A stretch of 33,718 nt of DNA, from positions 1-33,718 of the IMG/VR virus record IMGVR_UViG_3300030372_003136; one strand, 5' to 3'. Source of the DNA: a virus. Taxonomy: Duplodnaviria > Caudoviricetes. Made by a program: the position numbers and the translations under genes. Below are positions 14,974-26,200 of the stretch, in pieces; position 1 is the stretch's first letter, and every line of letters begins with the position of its first letter. The notes under the pieces are model-generated. The model ran no database searches. It was not told the origin of the DNA and saw nothing but the letters and a program-made list of their open reading frames with translations.

Positions 14974-16242
14974 ATGAACCTCGCTGAAATGAGATCAATG
15001 GTTGGGTCAATCGTAGACTACGACCCAAACGTGCAGACCTACAGAGATGAGGTCAATCGCATTCTGAATGAACTCTACTTAGACTTCTTTACTGACCGTC
15101 CCTGGAAGTTCGCCCAGGAGACAGAAGAGGTTCAAGTCTACAGAGATGTGACGGTTACCAATGTTTCAATTGCCGCTGGAAACAACACTGTTACTGTTGC
15201 CGCAGGAACGCCTTTCTTGTCATGGATGGAAGGCGCGATTGTTGAAATACAAGGTGCGGCAGACGTTGACAATGGCGAATACGAAATCATCAAAGTCACA
15301 CCTACTGTCCTTTATTTGGATAATTTTTCGGCAAGCGCTTCTCCAGGTGGCCTCACGGTTACGGTCAAACAACGATTCATCGACATGCCGGAAGACTGTT
15401 CCGAAGTGCTTGCCATTGGAATCCGAAGCCCAACTTCAGGAACCCAAGCACATTTTGATTACCTCTCACGCGCTCGTGACGAGGAGCTTTCCCTTCTTTT
15501 GAGCTCTACAGGCCTTCCAACTGACTGGCTCATCTACGACGATGTAACCATGACACAGCCTGTGTTGCAGCCTGTTCTTGATGCCGATTCATCAGGAACC
15601 AGGTACTCAACGGTTGGAACCTACCATGTTCACTACACTTTTGTTCACAAGAACAAAGAAAGCGCCCCTTCTCCAGTTGCTTCTGCTACTGCCACTACTG
15701 GCAGTTGGCAGTTGGATCTTTCAAACATTCAAAATACAGGTGCCAACTCAGGCATCTTTAAGCGTTTCTATCTTAAGACAACAACAAATAGCGCCTTTTA
15801 TCAAGTGACCAATGCAGACATTGATGAACTTGCAATGACCATTGATGATCTAAACGTAGCCGCTGACCACCTTGTCAATGCTCGCAGACTTCCTGAGAAC
15901 GATGGTCACTACAAGCGAGTGCGTCTTTACCCTCGTCAAGACACAGACTATCTCGTAGAGGTGCGATTCGTGTACCGTCCTGACCGTCTCATCGAGGATA
16001 CGGACGTTCCCGAGTTTCCCCCTGACCACCACCGCTACCTCGTTTACAGGGCCTGTCAGGAGCTTTTCGTAAAGCATGACAACCTGCAGCATTCTGAGTT
16101 GTACCGTCGCAAAGCAGATGCAGAGCTGGTGAGAATCCAAAACCTCTACTTGTCTGAAGGCGCAGGTTACTGGATTAAGCAAGGATACCGAGAGACTACA
16201 CTCAAGTATCAGACCTCTACGTCACTGACTCACCGGGGATAG
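14974..16242 (+). CDS. Head-tail adaptor protein with inserted beta-sandwich domains
   Basis: MNLAEMRSMV...RILNE......RPWKF N-terminus and LIEDTDVPEFPPDHHRYLVYRA C-terminus typical of podovirus adaptors; GGAG RBS at the 14974 start. Confidence 0.75.
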   Translation: MNLAEMRSMVGSIVDYDPNVQTYRDEVNRILNELYLDFFTDRPWKFAQETEEVQVYRDVTVTNVSIAAGNNTVTVAAGTPFLSWMEGAIVEIQGAADVDNGEYEIIKVTPTVLYLDNFSASASPGGLTVTVKQRFIDMPEDCSEVLAIGIRSPTSGTQAHFDYLSRARDEELSLLLSSTGLPTDWLIYDDVTMTQPVLQPVLDADSSGTRYSTVGTYHVHYTFVHKNKESAPSPVASATATTGSWQLDLSNIQNTGANSGIFKRFYLKTTTNSAFYQVTNADIDELAMTIDDLNVAADHLVNARRLPENDGHYKRVRLYPRQDTDYLVEVRFVYRPDRLIEDTDVPEFPPDHHRYLVYRACQELFVKHDNLQHSELYRRKADAELVRIQNLYLSEGAGYWIKQGYRETTLKYQTSTSLTHRG

Positions 16243-16243
16243 A

Positions 16244-18388
16244 ATGGACCCAAGGCTCAAACTAGAAGTTCCCAAGCTTGGTGGTGTAGAAGAGATTCTT
16301 CCGCAACCAAATGGTTCTGCCACCAAGGTAGAGAACTTCACTGTGGATCCAGCAACAGGTGGTTGGGACAACCGTATTGGTTATGAGAAGTTCTTTCCTA
16401 ACGCTGTGTTGTATCAGCCGTTTACCACCGAGAAGAGGATTCATAGTCTCTACATTTGGAGCACTCACAACGGAGCCAGGACTTACCATCTATTTGAGAG
16501 TGAGAACATTGCTTCGCAGAGGTGCAACCTACGCTACACGGTGGGCAATCCAGGCTCAATCGTAGAGGTAGACGAGTTCCGTAGAATCCCTACGCTAAAT
16601 GAGCCTGTCACAGACTATGAGCCATTTGGTCGATACCTCATCATCGTTAATGGTCATGACAAGCCACTAAAGTTTGATGGCGAAAAAGATGTAGACAATG
16701 TGTTGCCTCTTGGCTGGGACGGTATTCCTGGCGCTGTAACTCCATGGCGACCTGACCCTGCCAACTCAGGAAAAGGTCAAACACAATGCTATGGAATCAC
16801 TCACGAAACAGACCCAAACAACACTCAGAATGCTGGGGTTCCACTTGGCTTTATTGAAACTGTTGGCCTTGGGTCTTTGACTGCAAACGCTAAAAACAGC
16901 TACAAGTGGAAGGTTTCTTTTGTTAGCGAAACAGGAAGTGAAAGCCCTCTTTCGTCTTCTTCTGGTATTGCAACATGGACAAACCCTGGGAGCAACGTGG
17001 TTCGCCAGGCTGTTTTCCTAGACAACCTTGCTATTGGCCCTAAGGGCACTGTTGCAAGAAGGATCTACAGAACCAAGAATCTTGGAGACTCATCGAGCGC
17101 TACGGCCACTTCTGCCTACTACCTGGTAGCGGAAATAAAAAACAACACTCAGACTTCTTACAGCGACTACAAGTCAGACTCTTTGCTTGTAGTAGAAGCC
17201 CCTTCTGTTTCTGATAGCGTAATCTTCCCTGCTCCTGGAGCTCGGTTCGCAGCTACCTTTAAAAACTGTTTGTTTCTTGATGGTGGTCAAGCTGACCCTA
17301 CTCGAATCTATTACTCGAACCCACTGAATCCCGATTCATTTTCTGCCTCTGATTACTTTGATGTAGGGGTAAGAGATGGTGGTGATGTCACAGGGCTTTT
17401 TGCTTACTACAACAGCCTGATTCTGTTTCGCGAGTCTTCTATTGAGTTGGTTCGTGGAGATCCTGTCAACGGGTTTAGTGTCGTTCCGTTTATCCAAGGT
17501 GTAGGCTCAAGAGCCATCAACTCTGTTACTGCTGTTCCTGGTGTTGGCATCATGTTCTTGGGTAACGATGGTGTCTATCGAATCTTTGGTGGCCTTGACG
17601 GTGGTTCTGAGGTCAAGATTGAGAAGATGAGCCCAGGGCTTGTGAAGACCGAGAAGCGATTCAACCCTGCTTTGTTGGCTCGTGCGTCTGCCACCTACAG
17701 TCCCAAGTGGCGTGAGTGGCATTGCTACATGCCTGTAGACGGAGAAGAAAAGCCATCGTTTGGTCTTGTGTACCATGTGGATAAGAACGCTTGGTCTACT
17801 CGCACAACCTTTCCTGTAGGCTGTATTGCTTCTGACCAGAACGGTGAGCTTGTCTTTGGACATAACAACGGAAAAGATCCTTCTGTTACTACCAACTGGG
17901 AAACAGGCCTGTTTGTAATTTCAAGAAAAAGAATAAATGGGTACAACGTTGCTCTTATTCCTGGGCTTGAAGGTGTTTATGAAGCTCGTGCTAAGGCAGC
18001 CCCTGTAAGTGTCTACAAGTCCAACTGGATGGACATGGGCAAGGCGGCGCAGAAGAAGTTCGTCAAGTATGTTTACTTGCACGTCATGACCAAGGGAGAC
18101 AACGTTATCCCTTTGAAATACTTCAAAGATTTTGACTATGATGGAATCACATCTTCTGGCGAAAAGATGCAACGGCCAGACCATCCAGACCAGAACGTGT
18201 TTGACACTGCCATTTGGGACACTGCTGTATGGGAAGACCCAATGTTTACTACGATTCGCTACCCTATTGCGCTGAGTGCTGCCTCGTTCTTTGCGTTTGA
18301 GGTAGAGACAAACAACGACTTTGTTCTTGTGGGCTACTCGCTTGAGTTTGCTGCAAACAAGACTCACACCATCAAGGGCAAACGCTAA
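16244..18388 (+). CDS. Tail nozzle/hub protein (P22 gp10 / T7 gp12-like beta-propeller)
   Basis: 714 aa beta-rich protein after the adaptor; RIYYSNP, GGDVTGL, FLGNDGVY, WMDMG...KKFVK patterns. Confidence 0.75.
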   Translation: MDPRLKLEVPKLGGVEEILPQPNGSATKVENFTVDPATGGWDNRIGYEKFFPNAVLYQPFTTEKRIHSLYIWSTHNGARTYHLFESENIASQRCNLRYTVGNPGSIVEVDEFRRIPTLNEPVTDYEPFGRYLIIVNGHDKPLKFDGEKDVDNVLPLGWDGIPGAVTPWRPDPANSGKGQTQCYGITHETDPNNTQNAGVPLGFIETVGLGSLTANAKNSYKWKVSFVSETGSESPLSSSSGIATWTNPGSNVVRQAVFLDNLAIGPKGTVARRIYRTKNLGDSSSATATSAYYLVAEIKNNTQTSYSDYKSDSLLVVEAPSVSDSVIFPAPGARFAATFKNCLFLDGGQADPTRIYYSNPLNPDSFSASDYFDVGVRDGGDVTGLFAYYNSLILFRESSIELVRGDPVNGFSVVPFIQGVGSRAINSVTAVPGVGIMFLGNDGVYRIFGGLDGGSEVKIEKMSPGLVKTEKRFNPALLARASATYSPKWREWHCYMPVDGEEKPSFGLVYHVDKNAWSTRTTFPVGCIASDQNGELVFGHNNGKDPSVTTNWETGLFVISRKRINGYNVALIPGLEGVYEARAKAAPVSVYKSNWMDMGKAAQKKFVKYVYLHVMTKGDNVIPLKYFKDFDYDGITSSGEKMQRPDHPDQNVFDTAIWDTAVWEDPMFTTIRYPIALSAASFFAFEVETNNDFVLVGYSLEFAANKTHTIKGKR

Positions 18389-19074
18389 TGGCTTTCAAGT
18401 GGACAGAAGGCGATCACAGGGCAGGCAACATTCTTGATGTTGATGAGTTCAACAGTTCGTTTAACAACGTTAAGGGTGAGCTCAATGGAGGATTAGACAG
18501 GGAAAACCTGCCAAATGCTTCTGTGTCTAACGATGAGTTGGCTCCAAATGCCTTCGTAAAATACGCAGTTAAAACTGGTGTAAGATTGCAAGGGACTGGG
18601 GTTTATACTGCTCGTTTTCTAAACAATACCGGATCTGATATTGATCAAACTTTTAGAGCCATAAACTACAACACTTATGCTGGTGGTTGGAGAACGAACG
18701 AGGCTCAAAAAATAAACAAGCTCTTTCAAGAGGGCATGCTTCACATTGAATACAATGGCTGGTACTGGCTAAGAAACCATTTGGCTACCGACAACGTAGG
18801 AAGGCCTTCTAATTTCCTTCAAATATGGTGTCAGTTTGAATTGATTCTTGATGGAAACCCTGTAGTAACAAGTGGTCGCCATTACCAAAATGTAGGGCAA
18901 ATGCACCTTGTTGCTGATGTTCCAATATCAACAGGAAAGCACGAGATAGCATTAAGGTGGAGAATCTCACCTAATGAAGACCCTGATTTAGTTGTTACTC
19001 CAACCGTTGCTCTTTCAAGACCGATCTTCTACTATGATGGTGGTCAGATTACAGTTGTAAATAGGTATAGATAA
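18388..19074 (+). CDS. Tail appendage/fibre-base protein 1
   Basis: N-terminal attachment-like motif (GNILDVDEFNSSFNNV..ELNGGLDRENL) and a beta-rich C-terminus. Confidence 0.6.
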   Translation: MAFKWTEGDHRAGNILDVDEFNSSFNNVKGELNGGLDRENLPNASVSNDELAPNAFVKYAVKTGVRLQGTGVYTARFLNNTGSDIDQTFRAINYNTYAGGWRTNEAQKINKLFQEGMLHIEYNGWYWLRNHLATDNVGRPSNFLQIWCQFELILDGNPVVTSGRHYQNVGQMHLVADVPISTGKHEIALRWRISPNEDPDLVVTPTVALSRPIFYYDGGQITVVNRYR

Positions 19075-19973
19075 TGGCTAAACTCACTACAACAAACTTT
19101 GAATCTGGCGAAGTTACAGACAGAGCAGCAACGAATACTAAGTTTAGTGCTGTTCAAACTGCGACACAAACCATCAATGAAGAGAATGTTCGCTCAGAAG
19201 GCATTGATAAACGTCAGCTTTCAGCACATGCGTATTCAAGTGGGCGCATGGAGCCTATTGTTCACTTTGACGTGGCTAACAATCTAAACTCTGGGGCTAT
19301 TGTTTCCTCAACTTATTCAGGTCAAAATGGTTCTCAAGAGTTTGAGTTGAATGGAGGAGCCAACCCAGACCTTGTTATTGATTTTACTGGCCTTCCCGGT
19401 GGGCATCTTGCCATTGCTTCAGGCGACCTAATTCGTATTCATTACAGCATTTGTTTGTCTACTCAAAGTGACGGTTTTTTCTTTTCTGCTGGTGATGAAG
19501 ATGCAGCAAAAGATGGAAACCCTGCTGATGGTATTGGCCTTGTTGTTTTTCCAACTTGGAAGCTAACGGGTGGAGGCACCCCTCAAGTGCTTCCTAATGA
19601 GTTGGACCTTATGAACAACTACGGTCCAAGTGCGGGCCAAACATTTAACAACTCAAATGCCAGAACAGAATCAATGTCTTTTATTTCTATGGAGGGCGCT
19701 AATCCTGGGTCTAGCAGGACTGGAATATCTTGTGAGCGAGTGGTTCACGGCACCTGGAGTCATGTAGCTACTCAAGCCTACACTGTTTATGAGCTCAGAC
19801 TGTATGGGCGAGGACCGATGGTGTATCAAGGGGATAGGCAGTTGTATGTGCCTACATGGGGCGCTGACAGGTATCATCCTGATTACATGCGTATTCCATG
19901 GGTTGGTTCAACTTTTGATTTTACTATGTCAAACGGACAGCTTGGTATCATTGTCATGAGGGGGGAAAGCTAA
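19074..19973 (+). CDS. Tail appendage/fibre-base protein 2
   Basis: N-terminal FESGEVTDRAATNTKFSAV...INEENV, similar to its neighbours. Confidence 0.6.
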   Translation: MAKLTTTNFESGEVTDRAATNTKFSAVQTATQTINEENVRSEGIDKRQLSAHAYSSGRMEPIVHFDVANNLNSGAIVSSTYSGQNGSQEFELNGGANPDLVIDFTGLPGGHLAIASGDLIRIHYSICLSTQSDGFFFSAGDEDAAKDGNPADGIGLVVFPTWKLTGGGTPQVLPNELDLMNNYGPSAGQTFNNSNARTESMSFISMEGANPGSSRTGISCERVVHGTWSHVATQAYTVYELRLYGRGPMVYQGDRQLYVPTWGADRYHPDYMRIPWVGSTFDFTMSNGQLGIIVMRGES

Positions 19974-20656
19974 TGGCGTTTACACCAGTCACTATTCCTG
20001 CTGGAAGTGTGCTTGCTACCAATGCTTCTAATCAGGGTGTTCAAGACAACCTTGATAAAATGAAAAACTACATTGATGGCGGTGTAGCACCGGCTGATTT
20101 AGCTGCTGATAGTTGGGCGCAACCAAAGCACATTATGCGTGGTCATTATGATCCAATAGCAAACAGTCACACTTTTGTAAGTGGAATCAATTCTGGGTAC
20201 TCATCTTCAACAGACGAGATGTCTTTTGTGGGTGATGGTCCAACTTCCCGCGGTGCACCAGCCGAACCTCAAGAGGTATCGTTTGCAAACACCGCTGTTG
20301 ATTTCTTTCTAAGAAGCAATGCAGATGTTTTGTTTCAGTTTACTGCTTATCCAATTACCCCTGGCTCAGATGCAGTCTCTGGCTCTGGTTCTGGCAACCC
20401 TTTATCAACAGCATCTGTCTATTTAGATGGGGACAAGAAGTCTGAAACCAAGGTTTATACTAGACTTATTAGTGATGCTGATTCTAATAGACAACAAGAT
20501 GTCTGGCTTTCTCACAACTGGAATGTCTGGTCTGGGTTCTTTATTGCAAAGAACTTAGCAGCAGGACAGCATTCGTTTGATATTCGTGGAGAGGTTGGGG
20601 GTAGGTATACGTTTCTTATGAACTTCTCGGTCAGCTTTGAAGCTTTCTATAGGTAG
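19973..20656 (+). CDS. Tail appendage/fibre-base protein 3
   Basis: N-terminal IPAGSVLA....VQDNLDKMKNYIDGGVAPADL; C-terminal LAAGQHSFDIR resembles ISTGKHEIALR of protein 1. Confidence 0.6.
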   Translation: MAFTPVTIPAGSVLATNASNQGVQDNLDKMKNYIDGGVAPADLAADSWAQPKHIMRGHYDPIANSHTFVSGINSGYSSSTDEMSFVGDGPTSRGAPAEPQEVSFANTAVDFFLRSNADVLFQFTAYPITPGSDAVSGSGSGNPLSTASVYLDGDKKSETKVYTRLISDADSNRQQDVWLSHNWNVWSGFFIAKNLAAGQHSFDIRGEVGGRYTFLMNFSVSFEAFYR

Positions 20657-20661
20657 GTAAT

Positions 20662-21360
20662 ATGGCAGAAAAAACAGGAAGAGGAGCAGCAGCATTACAA
20701 GGAGCAAGTACAGGGGCACAAGCTGGCGCCACTCTTGGGTTTGGTGTTCCTGGTGCGGCTATTGGTGCAGGTCTTGGAGCCTTAGGTGGAGCCATCTTTG
20801 GTGGCGATGAGGCTGCTGCGCTTCGCCAAGAAGAGCTGGAAGAGTTGAGAAGACGACAAGAAATGGGCGCATTGGGTCTAACCGATGAGCAAGAGGCTGC
20901 TTTGCAAAGTCAAATTATGGGGCCAGCCAGCCAACTCGCTACTGAAAGGTCTGGTCAAATGGCAAAGCTTGCAGCCACTGAAGACCTTGGTGCTGGTTCT
21001 GCGGCACGCAGGGCTGTTGAAGAAACAGCTAAGGACCAAGAACTAATGCAGGATGCGGCCAACAAGATTGCTATGATTGATATGAAGCAGCGGATTCAGG
21101 ATGAAGCTCGCATTTCTGAGTTGACTGGGGAAGTATCTGCACAACAGAAGGCTGACCAGAACGCAGCGTTTGCTGGAATCTTAGCTACCGCTGGTGTCTT
21201 TGGAGATATTAAAAAGGGCCAAGAGCTAGAAAAGTTAAGCATTGAAGAGGTTATGGAGATGCGAGCGAGACAAGATGCTGCTCGTGGCTTGGGGGTTGAT
21301 ACAAAAGGCAACACGGTTGAGCAGGGTCTTGGTCTTTACAACAGTACTTTTGGGCAATAA
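20662..21360 (+). CDS. Small DNA ejection (internal virion) protein, P22 gp7 / T7 gp14-like
   Basis: Gly/Ala-rich hydrophobic N-terminus (GATLGFGVPGAAIGAGLGALGGAIFGG) followed by Q/E/A-rich helices. Confidence 0.65.
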   Translation: MAEKTGRGAAALQGASTGAQAGATLGFGVPGAAIGAGLGALGGAIFGGDEAAALRQEELEELRRRQEMGALGLTDEQEAALQSQIMGPASQLATERSGQMAKLAATEDLGAGSAARRAVEETAKDQELMQDAANKIAMIDMKQRIQDEARISELTGEVSAQQKADQNAAFAGILATAGVFGDIKKGQELEKLSIEEVMEMRARQDAARGLGVDTKGNTVEQGLGLYNSTFGQ

Positions 21361-21362
21361 TT

Positions 21363-23243
21363 ATGGCTACTAACGCTGATCACTACCGTTCATACAATAC
21401 CGGCGTTGTCGAGATGTACAGGGGCTACATCGAGGAAGCTCGTGAGGCTGCTGAACTGACCAACAAGTCAATCTCTGAACGCCGTTCAGAACTGCAGAAG
21501 ATTATCCGAGACATAGACAGCGACATCATGTCTGCTCAACGTGCGTTGGAGACAGGTCAAACTACGCACTTCAAGGCTCACATGACAGCCCGTGGTGACC
21601 GTGTACGAGCGGCTCGTGCTTCAGCAAGAGCCAGTGGACGTGCAGGCAGTGAACTTGACAAGCTAAGAGAGAAGGCTCGCGCAGCTACTGCTGCTTCTTT
21701 GCAGGAGGCTGTTGAGTTTGCTGCAACGCAAGGCGATGACCAGTTTAATGTTTCTGATGCGCTAAACAGTTTTACCAACCGAGCATCCATGGCTCGTTTT
21801 CTTGGTCAGATTGGCATGGTGCCTGGAGATGACAATGCAGGCAGTATTGGAGAAGCGGAACGACAGGCTGTCTCTTTAGGTGTAAGAGAGGGCCTTGAGA
21901 TTGGTCTGCCAGCCAACCAGTTTGTGGCTCCTGATGGCGCTATTGAAAACACGCAACGTCAGATTACTGGACGGGTAACTCGGCCAAGTGAATTTGATGC
22001 TGTAAAGAGCGCAGCAGGAAGCCAAGTCGGAGCAAGGGCAAGCGCCGTTTCTCGTGGTCCTGTAGTGACTGACGCAGACGTTGACCGTGCTATGGAAGAG
22101 TCTGGGCTTACAGCCTCAATAGCGCAACGACAAGCAGACATTGACCGCATGAAGGCTCAACGACAAGCAACGATGGCGGAGGCCGCACGCTTGCCAGGAG
22201 AGATGGGCGAAGAAGAGATTCTGCAGCAGGCTGCTGGTAGGATGGGGCAGATTGGTCGGTATGCTGGTCAGCCTCGAAACTTTATCGCTGTTCAACGGCA
22301 ACTCAATGACGCTCGTCGTCGCCTTGCAGAGCAACAAGCAAAGATTGCTGAGAACGAAACTCAAAGAGCCGCCATTGAGTCTATGAGTCCATCTCAACGC
22401 ATTCTTTTGCAAGCATCTCTTGACGGCCTTGACATGAGACAACGCCATCCGCGAGGCATTCCTCCAGAACTTACCCGAGAAGCCCTGGATTTTAGCACTC
22501 AAATTAGAAACGCTATGCGCAATGACCCTAAGATTCGAGGGAACGACAAGGCCATTGTTGAGCTCGCTATTAATCTGGCGCAACAAAGCAACCCCGATGG
22601 TTCTGTTGAAGAGATTCGGGCTATGCGTGATCTTATTCTCCAAGGCGTTGCGTTCGAACAAACCAAGAGAGACGACGTTGCTGCTCACTTGCCAAAACAA
22701 ATGGCAGAAGCAGAAAGGCTGCGCCAAGAACGCATAGACAATTTTGAGTTTGGTTCTATTGATTTGTCTGAGATTGAAGAAGAAATTACAGCAGACGACA
22801 TTCAGTTTAATCGACCAGCCTTGTCTAGCATTGAAGAAACAAAGGCGCCGTTTGCTTTTACTCAACAGGCCTTTGAGCGCATGACCGAAGAGGAGCAGAA
22901 AAAAGCTGTTCGTTCTGTTTTAGAGAATCCTGAACTTATGTTTAGCAAAGAAGGAATGATTACTCTCAACTCTATGAGCGCAAGCCGAGACCTTGTCGAT
23001 CACTTAAGCAAGGAAGAACTCGACAGATTCAAAAACATTCGTGGTCGAGTCGAGGGTTTTGTAGGAAGCAGTCAGTTGCAATCACCAGAACCTACGCTTG
23101 CAATGTTGCTTAATGAACAAGCAATAGATGCTATTCAGTTTCAGCCACAAGTAGCAGAAGAGGTAGAAGAGCCAAAGGACCTTGCTGCACTTCCGCTAGA
23201 CCCTGAGTTAGAAGAACAACTGTTGATGCAAAGGGCTCAATAG
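21363..23243 (+). CDS. Middle DNA ejection protein (coiled-coil)
   Basis: 626-aa A/R/Q/E-rich helical protein, second of three genes of increasing size. Confidence 0.6.
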   Translation: MATNADHYRSYNTGVVEMYRGYIEEAREAAELTNKSISERRSELQKIIRDIDSDIMSAQRALETGQTTHFKAHMTARGDRVRAARASARASGRAGSELDKLREKARAATAASLQEAVEFAATQGDDQFNVSDALNSFTNRASMARFLGQIGMVPGDDNAGSIGEAERQAVSLGVREGLEIGLPANQFVAPDGAIENTQRQITGRVTRPSEFDAVKSAAGSQVGARASAVSRGPVVTDADVDRAMEESGLTASIAQRQADIDRMKAQRQATMAEAARLPGEMGEEEILQQAAGRMGQIGRYAGQPRNFIAVQRQLNDARRRLAEQQAKIAENETQRAAIESMSPSQRILLQASLDGLDMRQRHPRGIPPELTREALDFSTQIRNAMRNDPKIRGNDKAIVELAINLAQQSNPDGSVEEIRAMRDLILQGVAFEQTKRDDVAAHLPKQMAEAERLRQERIDNFEFGSIDLSEIEEEITADDIQFNRPALSSIEETKAPFAFTQQAFERMTEEEQKKAVRSVLENPELMFSKEGMITLNSMSASRDLVDHLSKEELDRFKNIRGRVEGFVGSSQLQSPEPTLAMLLNEQAIDAIQFQPQVAEEVEEPKDLAALPLDPELEEQLLMQRAQ

Positions 23244-23245
23244 CA

Positions 23246-26200
23246 ATGGCGAACGGCACCAGCTTTTCAGTTACTGACGAACAGATTGACCGGCTGTCTG
23301 ACGATTCAAAAAATGAGCTTCGCAAGTTTATTGACTTGGTTGGACCAGATTCTAATGCCATTCCAGGCTACTACGAAAACTTAGTATCTTATGACTTGCG
23401 CAATCAGTTGACTCCACAGCCTGAGGAGAGCGAGCTTACTCAGCCGTCTCGTGGAAGTCAGGCTTCGGCGGATTCTGCTCGTGTTCGTTTTGTGCGTGAG
23501 CGAAAGAAAAAATACGCAGGCGAAGGCATGTCTCCATCTGAGGCCCTTGCAAGAGCCAGGGCGGATGCCACTGAGTTTCAACGCCAATCAGAGCGACTGT
23601 CGATTGAAGGGGAGCCTGTATCAATTGCTATCCCACAAGAAGAAGCTTTTCGTCGCGTTCGTGAAGGAAGCTTACGAGAAGCAATAGGTGCGGTACTAAG
23701 ACCTCAAATTATTAGCGCCGGACAACGGCTTACTGATGAAGAAAAAGAACTGCGCGAGGATGTTCGTCGAAGGTTTCTTGCTGAACCAATGATGCTTGCT
23801 GACCGCGAGGCCACTAAAAAAGGCCTGCGTGGTGATGAGTACAGTGAGTATGTCGATGGTCGTACACAAGTACTTAGAAACAAACTAGTTTCTGATTTGT
23901 TTGTAGAAATCTATCGTCAACAGAAACAGCAGTTTATTGAATCAGAAGGCTTAAATATTGCAGTCAATGAGCCGCTACCTCAAGGCTATGAAACAGAAGC
24001 AAAGTTTCTTAGAGAAAGAGCTTCAGGGCTAAGAGATCAGTTCATTCAGGAAGTGTTTCCAGACCAAGTAGAAAAGTTCAACATAGACCGAGACACTGTA
24101 CAAGCACTGCGAGACGTTGCTGAAGGTTCAGAAGACATAGCCTTGCGTGGTGCTGCAAAAGCAGCCCTTCTTGGTAGGCTCGTTTTTAGATCAGACGATG
24201 AAGAAACTGGTCAAGTAGCAGAGACCATTCCCGGCGCTATTTTCAGGGTTGGTACTGAGCTCTTGTCACCAAGGGCCGTTACCTACCCAATACTTAAGTC
24301 TTTGACTTGGGACAGGAACCCAGAGACTGGGCTGCCTTATGACCCAGAAGACCCTCGTTATCTTTTAGATCAAGAGATTGATGAGTACTTAGAAAAGTTC
24401 TACCAAAATTCATACGATGCCTCACAAGGAAGAGACCTCTCGTTTCCAGAATTAGACATGGGCAAATTCATTTCTCTTAAGCCAAGAGGGTTGTTTGTGT
24501 CTGGTCTAAACATTCCAGAGCACATGAACACAGGCTCTGACTTTAGGGACTACCTTGCTACAGTGCTAAATCTTGATTGGACTGGTACTGATTTTGGCAG
24601 GTTAGACAACGCAAGCCTTGTACATCCCTGGATTTCCGGTTCATTAGCTGTTGTAACAGAGGTTGCTTCCCCATGGCAGATGACACCCATTGGTGCTTTC
24701 TCAAAAGCAGTAAAAGAAGTTGGCAAGGGTGGAGCAAAATTAGGGTCTGCTATTTCTGCAGGGTTTGAGTTTAAAGACTCTCGTGAGTTCTTCCGCAACA
24801 TGGAACGATTCATGGACAGCGAGCAGTCGCTTGCTGAAGTAACCCAAGCCAGGACAGCCTATCGAGATGCAATGGCTGGGATTGGAAAGCCTGTATCCAA
24901 GGGTGACATTCGTGCTGTTGAGGCGTATGAAGACTTTGCTGAGAAGATGGCTCCGTCCCTTGCCTCGATTATTGCACCTCTCGATGAAGGAGTGAACCCG
25001 CTTACAAAAGCAGCGTTCAAGGGACTTGACCCAGACACACCGTATGCCAACAGCATTCGAATGATTTCTCAGAAGTATGACCAGATAAGGTCTGCTTTAA
25101 GAAAAGACAACTGGGCAGAAGTTCTGCGCAAAACGCCAACTGGTCGAGAATTACTCGTTCACATTCAAGAGGCTGCTCGGTCAGCACCAAACGCTTCAAA
25201 AAAGGTATGGGGACAGAAGGCGCTCATCAACATTGCTAAAACAGAAATGATGGGTGTTCTGCAGGATGCGCTTCCTACTGGGTGGGTTCGCGTAGGAAAC
25301 ACCGTGGTTCGCCGCAACGTGTTCAAGGCCAATCAGAAAGAGATTCTAAGCAAGATGCGGAACATCTCTCAAGCCCACCGCCCTCGGCTCATCAAAGGCA
25401 AGTACCACTACAAGTACAAGGACCACAAGAAAGCGTATGCCGCAGCAGTAGTTGGGGCTGGAGAAACAGCGTTTACAAAGAACAGGCGACCCTTGTTTGA
25501 AAAGCTTTTGACCAACAAGCCGCTTACGTCTGGCGAGTACCACATGGTGCAGACCTACATCGAGCATGCTGTCATTGAAAGCGTGCTTGGCAAGGTGGGC
25601 AGGTCAGTGGTGCCCAAGAGCCAGGTCACTGAGAAGGTCTACAAGAAAGCAGGCGTTGCTGCTATTGACCGAAACATTGGCATTGTAGATGGCACCAAGG
25701 ATTTCTTTCGTGGTGCTTACTCGATTGTTTGGAACAACCCGATTGTTGAGAGCCACTATCCAAAGGCCAAGGGAATGAAGCTCATTCCGTTTGACCTGAA
25801 GACGTTCAACACCAAGATTGACCCCGAGCTCTACCAAGAGTTCACTGTGCTTACCAATCGTCTCAATGAACTTCCACTGCAACTCACCAAGATTCTTAGA
25901 AGCGGTGATGTAGAGGCTGGTGATGCCCTGCTCCAAAGCGCTGTCAAAGGTGAGAACCCAACTGCAGTCTACGAAGAAATGATTGAGTTGTTTTTCGACC
26001 CAACAAAAAAAGAAGTCGGCAATATGTTTGGCAAAGCACCGGACGGCAGCAGTGTGCTGACCAATGTGGTTGCCGAAGCAGTAAAGAGCAAGCGCTTGCC
26101 TTGGCCGCCTACAATTGATGGAATGAAAGCAGCGGTTGACCTGGCTTATGACAAAGCAAACGCTAAGATGCTTGTTGAACTACAAGAGCGTGGCCTTAAA

